Positions 47,923 to 64,000 of a stretch of DNA of 64,000 nt are shown here, piece after piece (the first letter of the stretch is position 1; each line of letters opens with the position of its first letter). Both the position numbers and the translations under genes were made by a program. A model generated the notes under the pieces. That model made no database searches. It saw only the letters and a list, made by a program, of their open reading frames with translations, and was not told the DNA's origin. The DNA is from an uncultured Gemmataceae bacterium (lineage in GTDB: Bacteria; Planctomycetota; Planctomycetia; Gemmatales; Gemmataceae), in assembly GCA_963750165.1 (NCBI GenBank), contig CAVVPN010000003.1, positions 3,200,001 to 3,264,000 of the forward strand. The letters run 5' to 3'.

Positions 47923-50900
47923 ATGTCCCCAGGCTTTCGCGTCATCATCCTCGATGACAACGCGGCATACGCACAACACCTGGCGCAGGAACTCCGGAGT
48001 GCCGGCTTCGCCCACGACTGGCAATGGGTGAACTCCGAGGCCGACTTCCGCGCCCGCCTCGCCGCCGCGCCCGACCTGATCCTGTCCGATTACCATCTGT
48101 CCCGGCTGACCGCCCTGCGCGCCCTGGAGATGCTGCGCGAGGCCGGTCACGACGCGCCGTTGATCGTCGTCTCGGGCAGTGACGGCGTGGACCAGGCCGT
48201 CACCGCGCTGCAGCACGGCGCGGCCGACTACCTGCGCAAGGACCGCCTCGACCGCCTGGGGTTGGCGATCACCGGGGCCCTGGAGCGGCGCCGCCTCGGC
48301 GCCGAGCGCCGCCGGACCGAGATCAACTACCGCCGACTGGTCGAGACCGTCCCCGACGGCATCTGGACCATTGACGCCGACAGCAACACCACCTTCGTCA
48401 ACCGGCCGATGGCGGAGATGCTCGGCTACACCGTGGATGAGATGCTCGGCCGTCACCTGTTCGCCTTCATCGACACGGAGAACCGGCCGCTGGCGGCCAC
48501 AAAGGTCGAGCGCCGCCGCCAGGGCATCGCCGAGCACCACGACTTCAAGTTCCGCCGCAAGGACGGTGGCGAACTGTGGGCGCACCTGGCCACCAAACCC
48601 ATGTTCGAGGGCGACCGCTACGCCGGCGCCCTGGCCGTGGTCACCGATGTCACCGAGCAGCGCCGCCGGGAGGAGGAACTGCGGCAGAGCGAGGAGCGTT
48701 TCCGAATGGCCTTCGCCTACGCCGCGGTTGGCATGGCGGTCAGCACGCCGGAGGGCCGCGTCGTCCAGGTCAACCCCGCCTACTGCGCCATCACCGGCTA
48801 CGGCGAGGCGGAACTGCTGGACGGCAGCGCCGGCAGCCCGACTCATCCCGACGACCGGCCGGCCCAGCACGAGGCCGTGGCCCGGCTCGTGGCCGGCGAG
48901 GCGCCCGCCTTCCTCCTGGAAAAGCGCTACCTGCGCAAGGACGGCAGCATCGTCTGGGTGCTCAACAGTGTCTCACTGGTGCGCGACCGTGCGGGCCGGC
49001 CGGCCCACCTCGTCACGTTGGTGCAGGACGTGACCGAGCGCCATCTGGCGGAGCAGCGGCTGCGCGAGGAGACCGAGGTCGCCGAGACGCTGCACCGCAT
49101 CGGTGCCATCCTGGCGGCCGAGCTGAACCTGTACAAACTGGTGCAGGCGATCACCGACGCGGCGACCCGACTGGTCAACGCCCAGGTCGGCGCCTTCGTC
49201 TCCCCTGACCTGGGCGAAGGGGTGTCCTGGAGCCAGTTCACACTGGCGGAGGCTCTGGCAGGAGTGGTGCCCGAGGCCAGCCGCGGTTGGGATCCCGGCC
49301 TGGTGGTTCAGGTCTGCCGCGAGGGCCAGCGGGCCCGCGTGGACGACGTGACCGGCGACCCGCGCTTCCGCCAGCGGCCAGCGTTCTTCGGCCTGCCCGA
49401 AGGCCATCCGCCGGTGCGCAGCTTCCTGGCAGTGCCGGTGGTCTCACGGGACAATGTGCTGCTGGGCGGCCTGTTCTTCGGCCACACCGAGCCGGGCCAC
49501 TTCAGCGCCCGCGATGAGCGCGTCATCACTGGCCTGGCTGGCCACGCTGCGGTCGCCATCGACAACGCCCGGCTGTACCAGCAGGCCCAGGACGCCGGTC
49601 GGCTACTGGCGGCGCTGGTGGAAAGTTCCGAGGACGCCATCATCGGCCTGTCGGCGCAAGGAGCGATCACCAGCTGGAACCCCGGCGCCGAGCGGCTCAC
49701 CGGCCTGCCGACCGCGGCCGCGCTCGCCCGGCCGGTGACATCCCTGGTCGCCCCGGATTGCCTTGCCGAGTTCCACCAGGCCCTGGCCCGGCTGCAAAGC
49801 GGCGAGCGCGTCTCGTCCTTCGAGAGCACCTGGCTGTATCGCGACGGCCGCCGCGTCGAGGTAGCCGTCAGCCTGGCGCCGCTGCGCGACCGCGACGGCC
49901 GCGACCTCGGCGCCTCCGCCATCGCCCGCGACACCACCGAGCGCAAACACCTGGAGGAGCAGTTCCGCCAGGCCCAGAAGATGGAGGCCATCGGCCGGTT
50001 GGCCGGCGGCGTGGCCCACGACTTCAACAATCTGCTGACGGTCATCAACGGCTACGGCGAGATGCTGCTGGCCAGCCTGCCGCCAGGCACCGCGACGCGC
50101 GAGCTGATCCAGCAGATCACCGCCGCCGGCGACCGGGCGGCGGCGCTGACGCGGCGAGCTGCTCGCCTTCAGCCGCAAGCAGGTCGTGGCGCCGCGGGTG
50201 CTGGACCTCAAGGCGCTCGTGGCCGACATTGGGCAGTTGCTGCGCCGGCTGATCGGCGAGGACATCGAACTGGTGACGGTGATGGCCCCGGACCTGTGGC
50301 TGGTGCGGGCGGACCCGGGCCAGATGGAGCAGATCATTATCAACCTGGCGGTCAACGCCCGCGACGCCATGCCGCGGGCCGGCAAGCTCACCCTGGAACT
50401 GCGCAACGTCGAACTGGACGAGCACTACGCCCGGACGCACGCCGAGGCCCGGCCCGGGCCGCACGTGCTGCTGTCGATGAGCGACACCGGCGTCGGCATG
50501 GACGCCGCCACGCAGGCGCGGGTCTTCGAGCCGTTCTTCACCACCAAGGGCGACAAGGGCACCGGCCTGGGGCTGGCGACGGTCTACGGCATCGCCCGGG
50601 GCCACGGCGGCCACATCGCGGTCTACAGCGAACCTGGCCTCGGCGCCACCTTCAAGGTGTACCTGCCGCGCGCCGAGGAGCGGCCGGCGGCGGCGCGCAA
50701 GTCGAGCGTCGGGGCGCCGGTCCTGCCGCGCGGCACCGAGACGCTGCTGTTCGTCGAGGATGAAGAGGCGGTGCGGGCGCTCGTGCGGCACGTGCTGAAG
50801 GCTTGCGGCTACACGCTGCTGGAGGCGGCCGACGGCCAGGAGGCGCTGCGCCTGGCGGGCCAGCATGCTGGATCGATCGACATGTTGGTGACGGACGTGG

Positions 50901-51115
50901 TGATGCCGCAGATGGGCGGCCGGGAAGTGGCGGAGCGGCTGACCGCGCTGCGGCCGAGGCTGCGCGTGCTGTACCTGTCGGGCTACACCGACGACGCGGT
51001 GGTGCGGCACGGCATCCTGCAGGCGGACGTGCATTTCTTGCAGAAGCCGTTCACGCCGACGGCGCTGGCGCTGCGCGTCCGCGAGGTGCTCGACGCCGAG
51101 GCCCCGCGGGCGTGA
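47923..51115 (+). CDS. Hybrid sensor histidine kinase REC-PAS-PAS-GAF-PAS-HisKA-HATPase-REC (frameshift ~50156)
   Basis: H-box [54 protein letters not shown]-terminal REC. Removing one G at 50156 restores [10 protein letters not shown]. Confidence 0.9.
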
Positions 51116-51123
51116 CGTGTGCC

Positions 51124-51147
51124 TTCTGGTTCCTGGTCGGAGCCCGA
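51124..51147. repeat. Partial copy of the REP element found at 63733-63806
   Basis: ttctggttcctggtcggagcccga matches the reverse complement of 63783-63806 at 23 of 24 positions. Confidence 0.75.
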
Positions 51148-51160
51148 AAAACAAGGACCC

Positions 51161-51787
51161 CTATTCCCGGCCGTCGTCCGGCGGCTGGGCGGCATACCGG
51201 CTCAGCTGCGGCTTCACTTCTGTCTCCCAGCAGTCCGGACAGATGCCGTGGCTGAAGCGCATCTGCGTGTGTCGCGATACGTAGGTTTCCACCTGCTGCC
51301 AGTAATTGCGGTCGTCGCGGATTTTCTTGCAGTACGAGCAGATGGGTAGCAGCCCCTGCAACTGCTGCACCTGCGACAGCGCTTCCTCCAATTCGCGCAC
51401 CCGTTGCGCCAGGCTGCGCTGCAGTTCGACCACGTTCTGGCCGACGCGCACCCGGGCCTGCAACTCGGCGCGGTCGAACGGCTTGATGACGTAGTCGTTG
51501 GCCCCGCTCTGCAAGCCGGCGACGACGTCCGCCTTGGCGTCGCGCGCGGTCAGCAGGATGACGTAGACCGGCTCGGAGGTCGGCTGCGCGCAGCCGCCGG
51601 CACACCTCCACGCCCTGCAGCCCCGGCATCACCCAGTCGAGCACGGCCAGGCGCGGCGCCTGCGGCCCCGACAGGATCTCCCAGGCGTCCAGGCCGTCGT
51701 TGACCACGACGACGTCGTAGCCCCAACTCTCCAGGGCCCCCTGCAGCATGCGCCGCGGGATCAGGTCGTCGTCGGCAATCAGCACCC

Positions 51788-51791
<4 letters not shown>
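51161..51791 (-). CDS. Response regulator with coiled coil and C-terminal Cys4 (zinc-ribbon-like) tail (frameshift ~51588)
   Basis: MRVLIADDD...[34 protein letters not shown]...FSHGICPDC. Confidence 0.85.
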
Positions 51792-54996
<3,205 letters not shown>

Positions 54997-55013
<17 letters not shown>

Positions 55014-57270
55014 GGAAAATCACCTCGAAGTGCGGGGCGCAGCGCAGGAAGACCTGAACCAGCGCGGGGTCAAACTGGCCCTGACAGCCCTCGGCCATCA
55101 CCTGCAGGGTGGCGGCGTGCGACAGCGCCGGTTTGTAGACGCGCCGCGACCGCAGCGCGTCGTACACGTCGCCGATGGCCACCAGGCGGGCCGCCAGCGG
55201 GATGTCGGTGCCGGTCAGCCGGTCGGGGTAACCGCGGCCGTCCCAGCGCTCATGGTGGTGGCGGGCGATGTCCGCCGCTGTCTGCAGAAACGCCAGCGCG
55301 AAGCCGTGCTGTTTGGCCACCGCCCGCAGCGTGTCGCTGCCGATGACCGTGTGCGTCTGCATGATGACGCGCTCATCGGCGTCGAGCTTGCCCGGCTTCA
55401 TCAAAATGTGATCTGGCAGGCCGACCTTGCCGATGTCGTGCAGCGGAGCGCAGCACTCCAGCATCTCCAGGAAGCCCGGGGTGATCTGGGTGGCGAAGTT
55501 CGGGTTGCTGGCCGCCTCCTCCGCCAGGCAGCGGCTGAAGCGCTGCAGGCGGTGCAGGTGGGAGCCGGTCTCGCTGTCGCGGTAGGACACGAGCTTGGCC
55601 AGGGCCAGCACCAGGGCGTTGCGGGCATGCACCAGATCGCTGTCGCGGTGGTTGAGATTCTTCTCCAGTTCCTGGTTGACCGTCAGCAGGTGGCGCGTCA
55701 TCAGGTCGGAGCGGTCCTGAGCTTCCTTGAGCCGCAGCGCCGCCTTGACCCGCGCCCGCAGCTGCATGACACTGAGCGGCTTGGTCAGGTAGTCGTCGGC
55801 GCCGGCGAGCAGAACCTGGGCCATGTCATCGCCGCTGACGCGGCCCGAGCACAGAATGATCTTGAGATGGGCGCTGGGCGGCTGCTCGCGCAGACGGCGG
55901 CACAGGTCCGGCCCCTTCAGCTCGGGCATCTCGAAGTCGCTGAGCACCAGGTCGTAGGGCTTGCGGTGCAGCGTTTCCAGGGCGACGCGGCCGTTCTCGG
56001 CCTCGTCGCAGGCCAGTCCCTCGGCCTGCAACGCGAAGCGGCAGAACAGGCGGATGGACGGCTCGTCGTCCACGACCAGCACGCGGGCTTTGCGTACCGA
56101 CTCGGCCACTTCCAGCGACGGCAGGCCGCCCGCAGGGGTGCCGTCGGCGGACAGCTGCAGGTGCTCGCGCAGCTCCGGCTGGAAGAACGGCAGCAGGGCG
56201 CGCATGACGGCCTGTGGTGTTGGGAAGCGGTCGTCGGGCCGGACAGCCATCATGCGGGCGAGGAGGGCGTCGAGGTCGCCGGGCAGCTCCGGCCGCCACT
56301 GCCGCGCGGAGGGCGGCGGTTGCGTCAGGCGGGCGCTCACCTGCTGGACGATGTTGTCCTTCCACTCGAACGGCGGCCGGCCGGTCAGGCACCAGAACAG
56401 GGTGCCGCCCAGGCCGTAGATGTCGGCGCGGATGTCCACGGAGCCGGCGTCCTGGGCCTGCTCGGGCGCCATGTAGTCCAGGGTGCCGAGCATGGTGCCC
56501 GCCTCGGTCTGGCGATGGCGGAAGTGGCGGGCCAGGCCGAAGTCGAGCAGTTTGGCCTGGCCCTCGGGCGTGATGAGGACATTGGACGGCTTGATGTCGC
56601 GGTGGACCAGGTTGTGCTTGTGGGCCTCGGCCAGCGCCGAGGCGACCTGGTGGATGAGATCGCAGGCGAAGCTGGGCTCCAGCGGGCCGCGGCCGTTCAC
56701 CAGGTCCTCGAGGTCCTGGCCGGGCACGTATTCCATGACGAAGTAGTGCAGCACCTGGCCGTCCGGCCCCGGCGAGACGGCCTTGCCTGCCTCGACGGCA
56801 CCGACGATGTTGGGGTGCTGCAACTGGGAGATGGCACGCATCTCCGTGTAGAAACGGCGCACCAGGAAGGTCGGGTCGTCCGGCGAGGCGGCCAGTACCT
56901 TGATGGCGACCACCCGGCGCATGAGCAGGTGCTCGGCCCTGAAGACCACGCCCATGCCGCCGGCGCCGATGCGCTCCAGGATGCGGTAATTGCCCAGCAG
57001 CAGGCCGAAGGTTTTGCCAGCCTCGATGCGGGCGGCCTGGTAATCGGTCAGCAACCGCTGCTCGACCAGCAGCGTCAACACGCCCAAACGATCAACGCGG
57101 TGCAGCAGGAGTTCGCGCACCGCGTCGGGCAGGGCCTCCCAGTCCTCGGTCAGCACCAGCGACGTACCAAGCAGGTCTTGCAGCAGGGCCTGGCCAGACG
57201 AAAGGGTGGTCGTCCCGATGGTAAACTGGGTGGGGTGCGATGACGACCGGCCGTTGGACACGCCCTTCAT
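54997..57270 (-). CDS. Ser/Thr protein kinase - receiver - HD-GYP phosphodiesterase fusion
   Basis: Kinase motifs GAGGMGVV, VAIK, HRDIKPSN, DFG, YMAPE. REC VLVVDDE..LVLSDFEMP..KP. HD-GYP ETGSHLHR, LHDIGK, HHERWDGRGYP, DVYDALRSRRVYK. Confidence 0.9.
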
Positions 57271-57493
57271 GGAGAATTCCTGGGTAACGAGAGCAAGGTT
57301 CCGTGCGGACAATCCGGCGGCGCGGCATTACGTTCCTGCCAAACTATAGAACGCGAACCTCGCCCCGGACGGCGGTGGCGCTGTGAAAATCCCGCCACGC
57401 ACGGCGGCGACCGGCTCGTTGAGGCCGGGACGGAAGAATCGTGGCCAGACCGGAAGGGGGTGAAGGGATGGGTAAGAAGGCCTGACGGAAAGA

Positions 57494-57561
57494 GGCGAGC
57501 GGCGCGGCGTCAGCCCGCCGGTGCTTCCGAGTACCGGCGGGCTGACGCCGCGCCGCTCGCC
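57494..57561. repeat. REP-like palindrome with 32-bp arms
   Basis: ggcgagcggcgcggcgtcagcccgccggtgct-tccg-agtaccggcgggctgacgccgcgccgctcgcc, with one G-T pair. Confidence 0.88.
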
Positions 57562-57604
57562 AGCGCCCGTTTCCGTTTCGGGCCGGCATGGGCGGCGGCT
57601 GCGG

Positions 57605-57856
57605 TCAGCCCTGCGGGGACTCGCCGCGGCCGTTGCGACCGCGGGAGTGCTGGCCGCCCCGGCGGCCGATCGCGGCCATGTGTCCGCGGTCGCGGCTGAC
57701 CGCCTCACCGCCGCGCCGGCCAGCCTCGCGCGCCTCCTGCGGCGTAAATTCGTGGGCCGTGCCGCGTTCGTGCGCCGCCCGCCCACCCTTACTGGCAATC
57801 GCGCGCTGGCGCTCCGCGTCCATGGCCGCGAACCCTCGCCTGTTCTTTTCTGGCAT
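57605..57856 (-). CDS. KGG-motif general stress protein (YciG/GsiB-like)
   Basis: RGFAAMDAERQRAIASKGG..AHEFTPQEAREAGRRGG..HMAAIGRRGG. GGAG SD upstream. Confidence 0.9.
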   Translation of the reverse strand: MPEKNRRGFAAMDAERQRAIASKGGRAAHERGTAHEFTPQEAREAGRRGGEAVSRDRGHMAAIGRRGGQHSRGRNGRGESPQG

Positions 57857-58216
57857 GATTACGCTCCCTGGGGCACCTGCCCGGCGTCCGAATATCAGAC
57901 GAGATCCGGGAAATGGTAGGTTTCTGGCAATGGCGGTTGCACATCACGTGCCAGGCGACCGGGACGGCTCGCTTTTCGTGCCAGGGTTGCTCCGCGAGCA
58001 AAAACGCTGGCGTGGGGGGTGGAAAACGGCACGCGCACCGGCAGGTGATGGACCTGTGGATGCGCAGTCGTGAACCATCTCGTGCGCAGGGGTGCGGAAC
58101 TGGCGCCAAAACGGGTCTGGTTCCTGGCATTGGAGTTGCATAGTCTGGAGGTGTCCGGAGGAGGTGGGGCAGCGGTTGCCCTGCGCACCAAGCATCACAC
58201 GGGAGGAAGGGACACG

Positions 58217-59026
58217 ATGAACACTCGCATTGGGTCGATCGCCGGGATGGTGGCCCTGGCCGGGGCACTGGTGCTGCTCTGCCCTGGGAAGAGCGAAGCG
58301 CAGCGGCGTGGCTTCTACGGCGGATTCGGAGGCTATCCAGGCTACGGCTACGGCGGCTATGGCGGCTGGGGCAACCCGGGCAGCAGCGGTTGGGGCTACG
58401 GCGGCTACGGCGGCCTTGGCGGCTTTGGTGTCGGCGGCTACGGCAGCGGCATGGGCAACTACCTCGGCAACGTTTCCGGCTACGGCTATCTCAACTCGCC
58501 GTACTACAACTACCTCGGCTACGGCTACGCCCCGGGGATCTACGGCTCTTCCAGTTCGCCTCCCTACAACTACCTCGGCTATGGCTACGCCTCAGGGATC
58601 TACGGCTCGTCCAGCTCGCCTATCTCCAACTACACCCACTACAGCCCGGAGTCCTACAGCCACAATTTCGCCCCGACTTTTTACTACGGCGGCACCTACA
58701 CCAGCCCGCCGAGCTACGCTTACAACTCGCCGACGAACGCCTACCTGTCCTACTACCCGGCGACCAGCGGCCAGCAGCTGGGCAACAGCGCCGAAATCCG
58801 GGTGACGGTGGCGCCGGACGCCGAGATCTGGTTTGACGGCACCAGGACGAAGCAGACCGGTTCGGTACGCGAGTTCATCACGCCGCCGCTGACACCTGCT
58901 CACACCTACACCTATCAGGTGCGTGCCCACTGGACCCAGAACGGCAAGGCGATGGACCAGACGCGCACCGTGACGGTCCAGCCAGGCCGCCACTCGTTGG
59001 TGGACTTCACCATCCCACAGAAGTGA
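58217..59026 (+). CDS. TIGR03000-domain secreted protein with Gly/Tyr-rich low-complexity region
   Basis: SD GGAAGGG, signal peptide, GYG repeats, C-terminal AEIRVTVAPDAEIWFDG..TKQTG..REFITPPL...YTYQVRAHW. Confidence 0.85.
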   Translation: MNTRIGSIAGMVALAGALVLLCPGKSEAQRRGFYGGFGGYPGYGYGGYGGWGNPGSSGWGYGGYGGLGGFGVGGYGSGMGNYLGNVSGYGYLNSPYYNYLGYGYAPGIYGSSSSPPYNYLGYGYASGIYGSSSSPISNYTHYSPESYSHNFAPTFYYGGTYTSPPSYAYNSPTNAYLSYYPATSGQQLGNSAEIRVTVAPDAEIWFDGTRTKQTGSVREFITPPLTPAHTYTYQVRAHWTQNGKAMDQTRTVTVQPGRHSLVDFTIPQK

Positions 59027-59046
59027 CCGGCGGTGCCCCCAGGTGT

Positions 59047-59089
59047 GCCCGGCGAACCAGGGCCCGTCCCCGGTTCGCCGGGCTTTTTT
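59047..59089 (+). terminator. Rho-independent terminator
   Basis: 12-bp stem gcccggcgaacc / ggttcgccgggc followed by T6, about 20 bp after the TIGR03000 stop codon. Confidence 0.75.
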
Positions 59090-59115
59090 CAGGACTTTGC
59101 GACGGAACTACCGCG

Positions 59116-60030
59116 ATGAACGCCAGGGCACTGTTCGGACTGATCAGGGACACCTTCATTGAGTGGAACAACGACCGGGCGCCGCGGATGGGCGCGGCGC
59201 TGGCCTATTACACGGCGTTCTCCCTGGCGCCGCTGATGGTCATCGCCATCGGCATCGCCGGTCTGGTGTTCGGCGAACAGGCGGCGCGCGGCGAGATCGT
59301 CACGGAGCTGGCGGCCACCCTCGGCCGGCCCGCGGCGACGGCCATCGAAAACATCCTGCGTGAGAACGACCAGACCGGCAACTACCTGGCGTCCCTGCTC
59401 GGACTGGTCATGCTGCTGGTCGGCGCCTCCGGCGTGTTCATGGAACTGGAGGACGCCCTGAACACCATCTGGAAAGTGCCGCCGAGCAAGAGCGCCACCT
59501 GGCTCGCGTTCCTCCGCGACCGGGCGCTGTCGTTCACACTGGTGCTGTGTACCGGTTTTCTGCTGCTGGTGTCGCTGCTCATCACCGCGGCGCTGGCGGC
59601 CGTCGATCACCTGTTGACGCCGGCGTCGGTCCCCGGCGGCGTGCTGCTCTGGCGGCTCAGCAACGCCGCGGTCACGTACCTGTTTATCACCCTGCTGTTC
59701 GCGCTGCTCTTCAAGTATGTGCCCCACGCCCGCGTGGCCTGGAAGGACGTGTGGCTCGGCGCCGCGGGGACGGCCCTGCTGTTCACGGCTGGCAAGTATT
59801 TGCTGGGGCTGTATCTGGGGGTGAGCACCATCGTGTCCGCCTTCGGCGCCGCCGGCTCGCTGGCAGTCGTGCTGGTGTGGGTCTACTTCTCGGCGCAAAT
59901 CCTGCTGCTCGGCGCCGAGTTCAGCCACCTGTACGCCCAGCGTTTCGGCTCGCACCGCGGCGAGCCAGAACCCAAGCCCTGCCCCGCGCCGCCGGCGACG
60001 CCGCAGCAGGCCGACAAGGTGACGGTGTAA
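59116..60030 (+). CDS. YihY / virulence factor BrkB family membrane protein
   Basis: RMGAALAYYTAFSLAPL, LEDALNTIW, FGAAGSLAVVLVWVYFSAQILLLGAEF. Confidence 0.9.
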   Translation: MNARALFGLIRDTFIEWNNDRAPRMGAALAYYTAFSLAPLMVIAIGIAGLVFGEQAARGEIVTELAATLGRPAATAIENILRENDQTGNYLASLLGLVMLLVGASGVFMELEDALNTIWKVPPSKSATWLAFLRDRALSFTLVLCTGFLLLVSLLITAALAAVDHLLTPASVPGGVLLWRLSNAAVTYLFITLLFALLFKYVPHARVAWKDVWLGAAGTALLFTAGKYLLGLYLGVSTIVSAFGAAGSLAVVLVWVYFSAQILLLGAEFSHLYAQRFGSHRGEPEPKPCPAPPATPQQADKVTV

Positions 60031-60043
60031 CTGTGTCCCTTCT

Positions 60044-60134
60044 TTTCTGTCGCTTGCGGCTTGGCGCGTTCGGAAGAAAAGAGCGCCTCCGAGTCGTCTT
60101 TGTTTCCGAGCGCGCAAGCCGCAAGCGGCAGAAA
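60044..60134. repeat. REP-like inverted repeat between convergent genes (possible bidirectional terminator)
   Basis: tttctgtcgcttgcggcttggcgcgttcggaa ... ttccgagcgcgcaagccgcaagcggcagaaa imperfect arms. Confidence 0.75.
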
Positions 60135-60145
60135 GAACAACCGGG

Positions 60146-63602
<3,457 letters not shown>

Positions 63603-63732
63603 GGCATGATCTCCGTTTCCCAGGTTGCGCGGGCGCGCTAATGAGGCTGCGTGCTAGTTCTGTACCGGGTATTTTGTGGCACTGGATTTGCCTGACAAGC
63701 GGCAAGGTGATTCTCAGGCGGAGAACTTGATG

Positions 63733-63806
63733 GGTCCGAGCCCGAGCGCCAGCGCGGGGCCAGCGCTGCCCCGCGCTGGCGCTCGGGCTCGGACCAGGAA
63801 CCAGAA
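63733..63806. repeat. REP-like element: perfect 28-bp palindrome plus flank
   Basis: ggtccgagcccgagcgccagcgcggggc-cagcgct-gccccgcgctggcgctcgggctcggacc, followed by aggaaccagaa. Confidence 0.88.
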
Positions 63807-63845
63807 TCGCCAAGGCACTGTTGTATTGGGAAAAAGGATTTCGGT

Positions 63846-64000
63846 ATGAAACGAAGGAAGTTTCCCATCGGGGCGGAGGTGCAGGAGGGCGGCGTCCATT
63901 TCCGCGTGTGGGCGCCCGAACGGCGGCGCGTGGAAGTGGTGCTGGAATCGGCGGACGGCGGCGAAAGCCAGGTCCACGAGCTGGCGGCGGAGGCGGACGG
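63846..64000 (+). CDS. treZ: Malto-oligosyltrehalose trehalohydrolase N-terminus (runs off the window; missing from the ORF track)
   Basis: MKRRKFPIGAEVQEGGVHFRVWAPERRRVEVVLE is a CBM48-like GH13 start, divergent from treS. Confidence 0.65.
   Translation, partial: MKRRKFPIGAEVQEGGVHFRVWAPERRRVEVVLESADGGESQVHELAAEAD

Overview
GC-rich bacterial DNA, very probably Planctomycetota (Gemmataceae-like), judged from a LEPR-XLL-type N-terminus and DUF1549/1553, DUF1501 and TIGR03000 genes. The first 39 kb encode two adjacent giant surface proteins. Protein 1 (>6,200 aa, 5' end outside the window) is a beta-helix adhesin with loop-inserted PA14, jelly-roll and other modules, seven 98-aa Ig-like repeats and a C-terminal cohesin-dockerin-cohesin block. 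Protein 2 (about 6,540 aa after repairing two 1-bp indels) has six N-terminal cohesin-like domains, about 49 tandem 294-bp Ig-like repeats and C-terminal DUF4214-like domains. Together they look like a scaffoldin plus dockerin-adhesin (cellulosome-like, non-cellulolytic) surface system, the main candidate for an undescribed system here. The rest holds a SelA-like PLP enzyme, DUF1549/1553 and DUF1501 genes, an HMA-like protein, a cytochrome P460/c'-beta family protein, a methyltransferase, an ISAs1 remnant, a signalling cluster (two hybrid histidine kinases, a response regulator with a Cys4 tail, a Ser/Thr kinase-REC-HD-GYP fusion) and a stress/trehalose cluster (KGG protein, TIGR03000, YihY, treS-Pep2, start of treZ). 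There are many REP-like palindromes, two of them translated in frame inside genes. About 12 small frameshifts without in-frame stops suggest long-read assembly errors rather than true pseudogenes. All domain calls are by-eye motif recognition; no searches were run.
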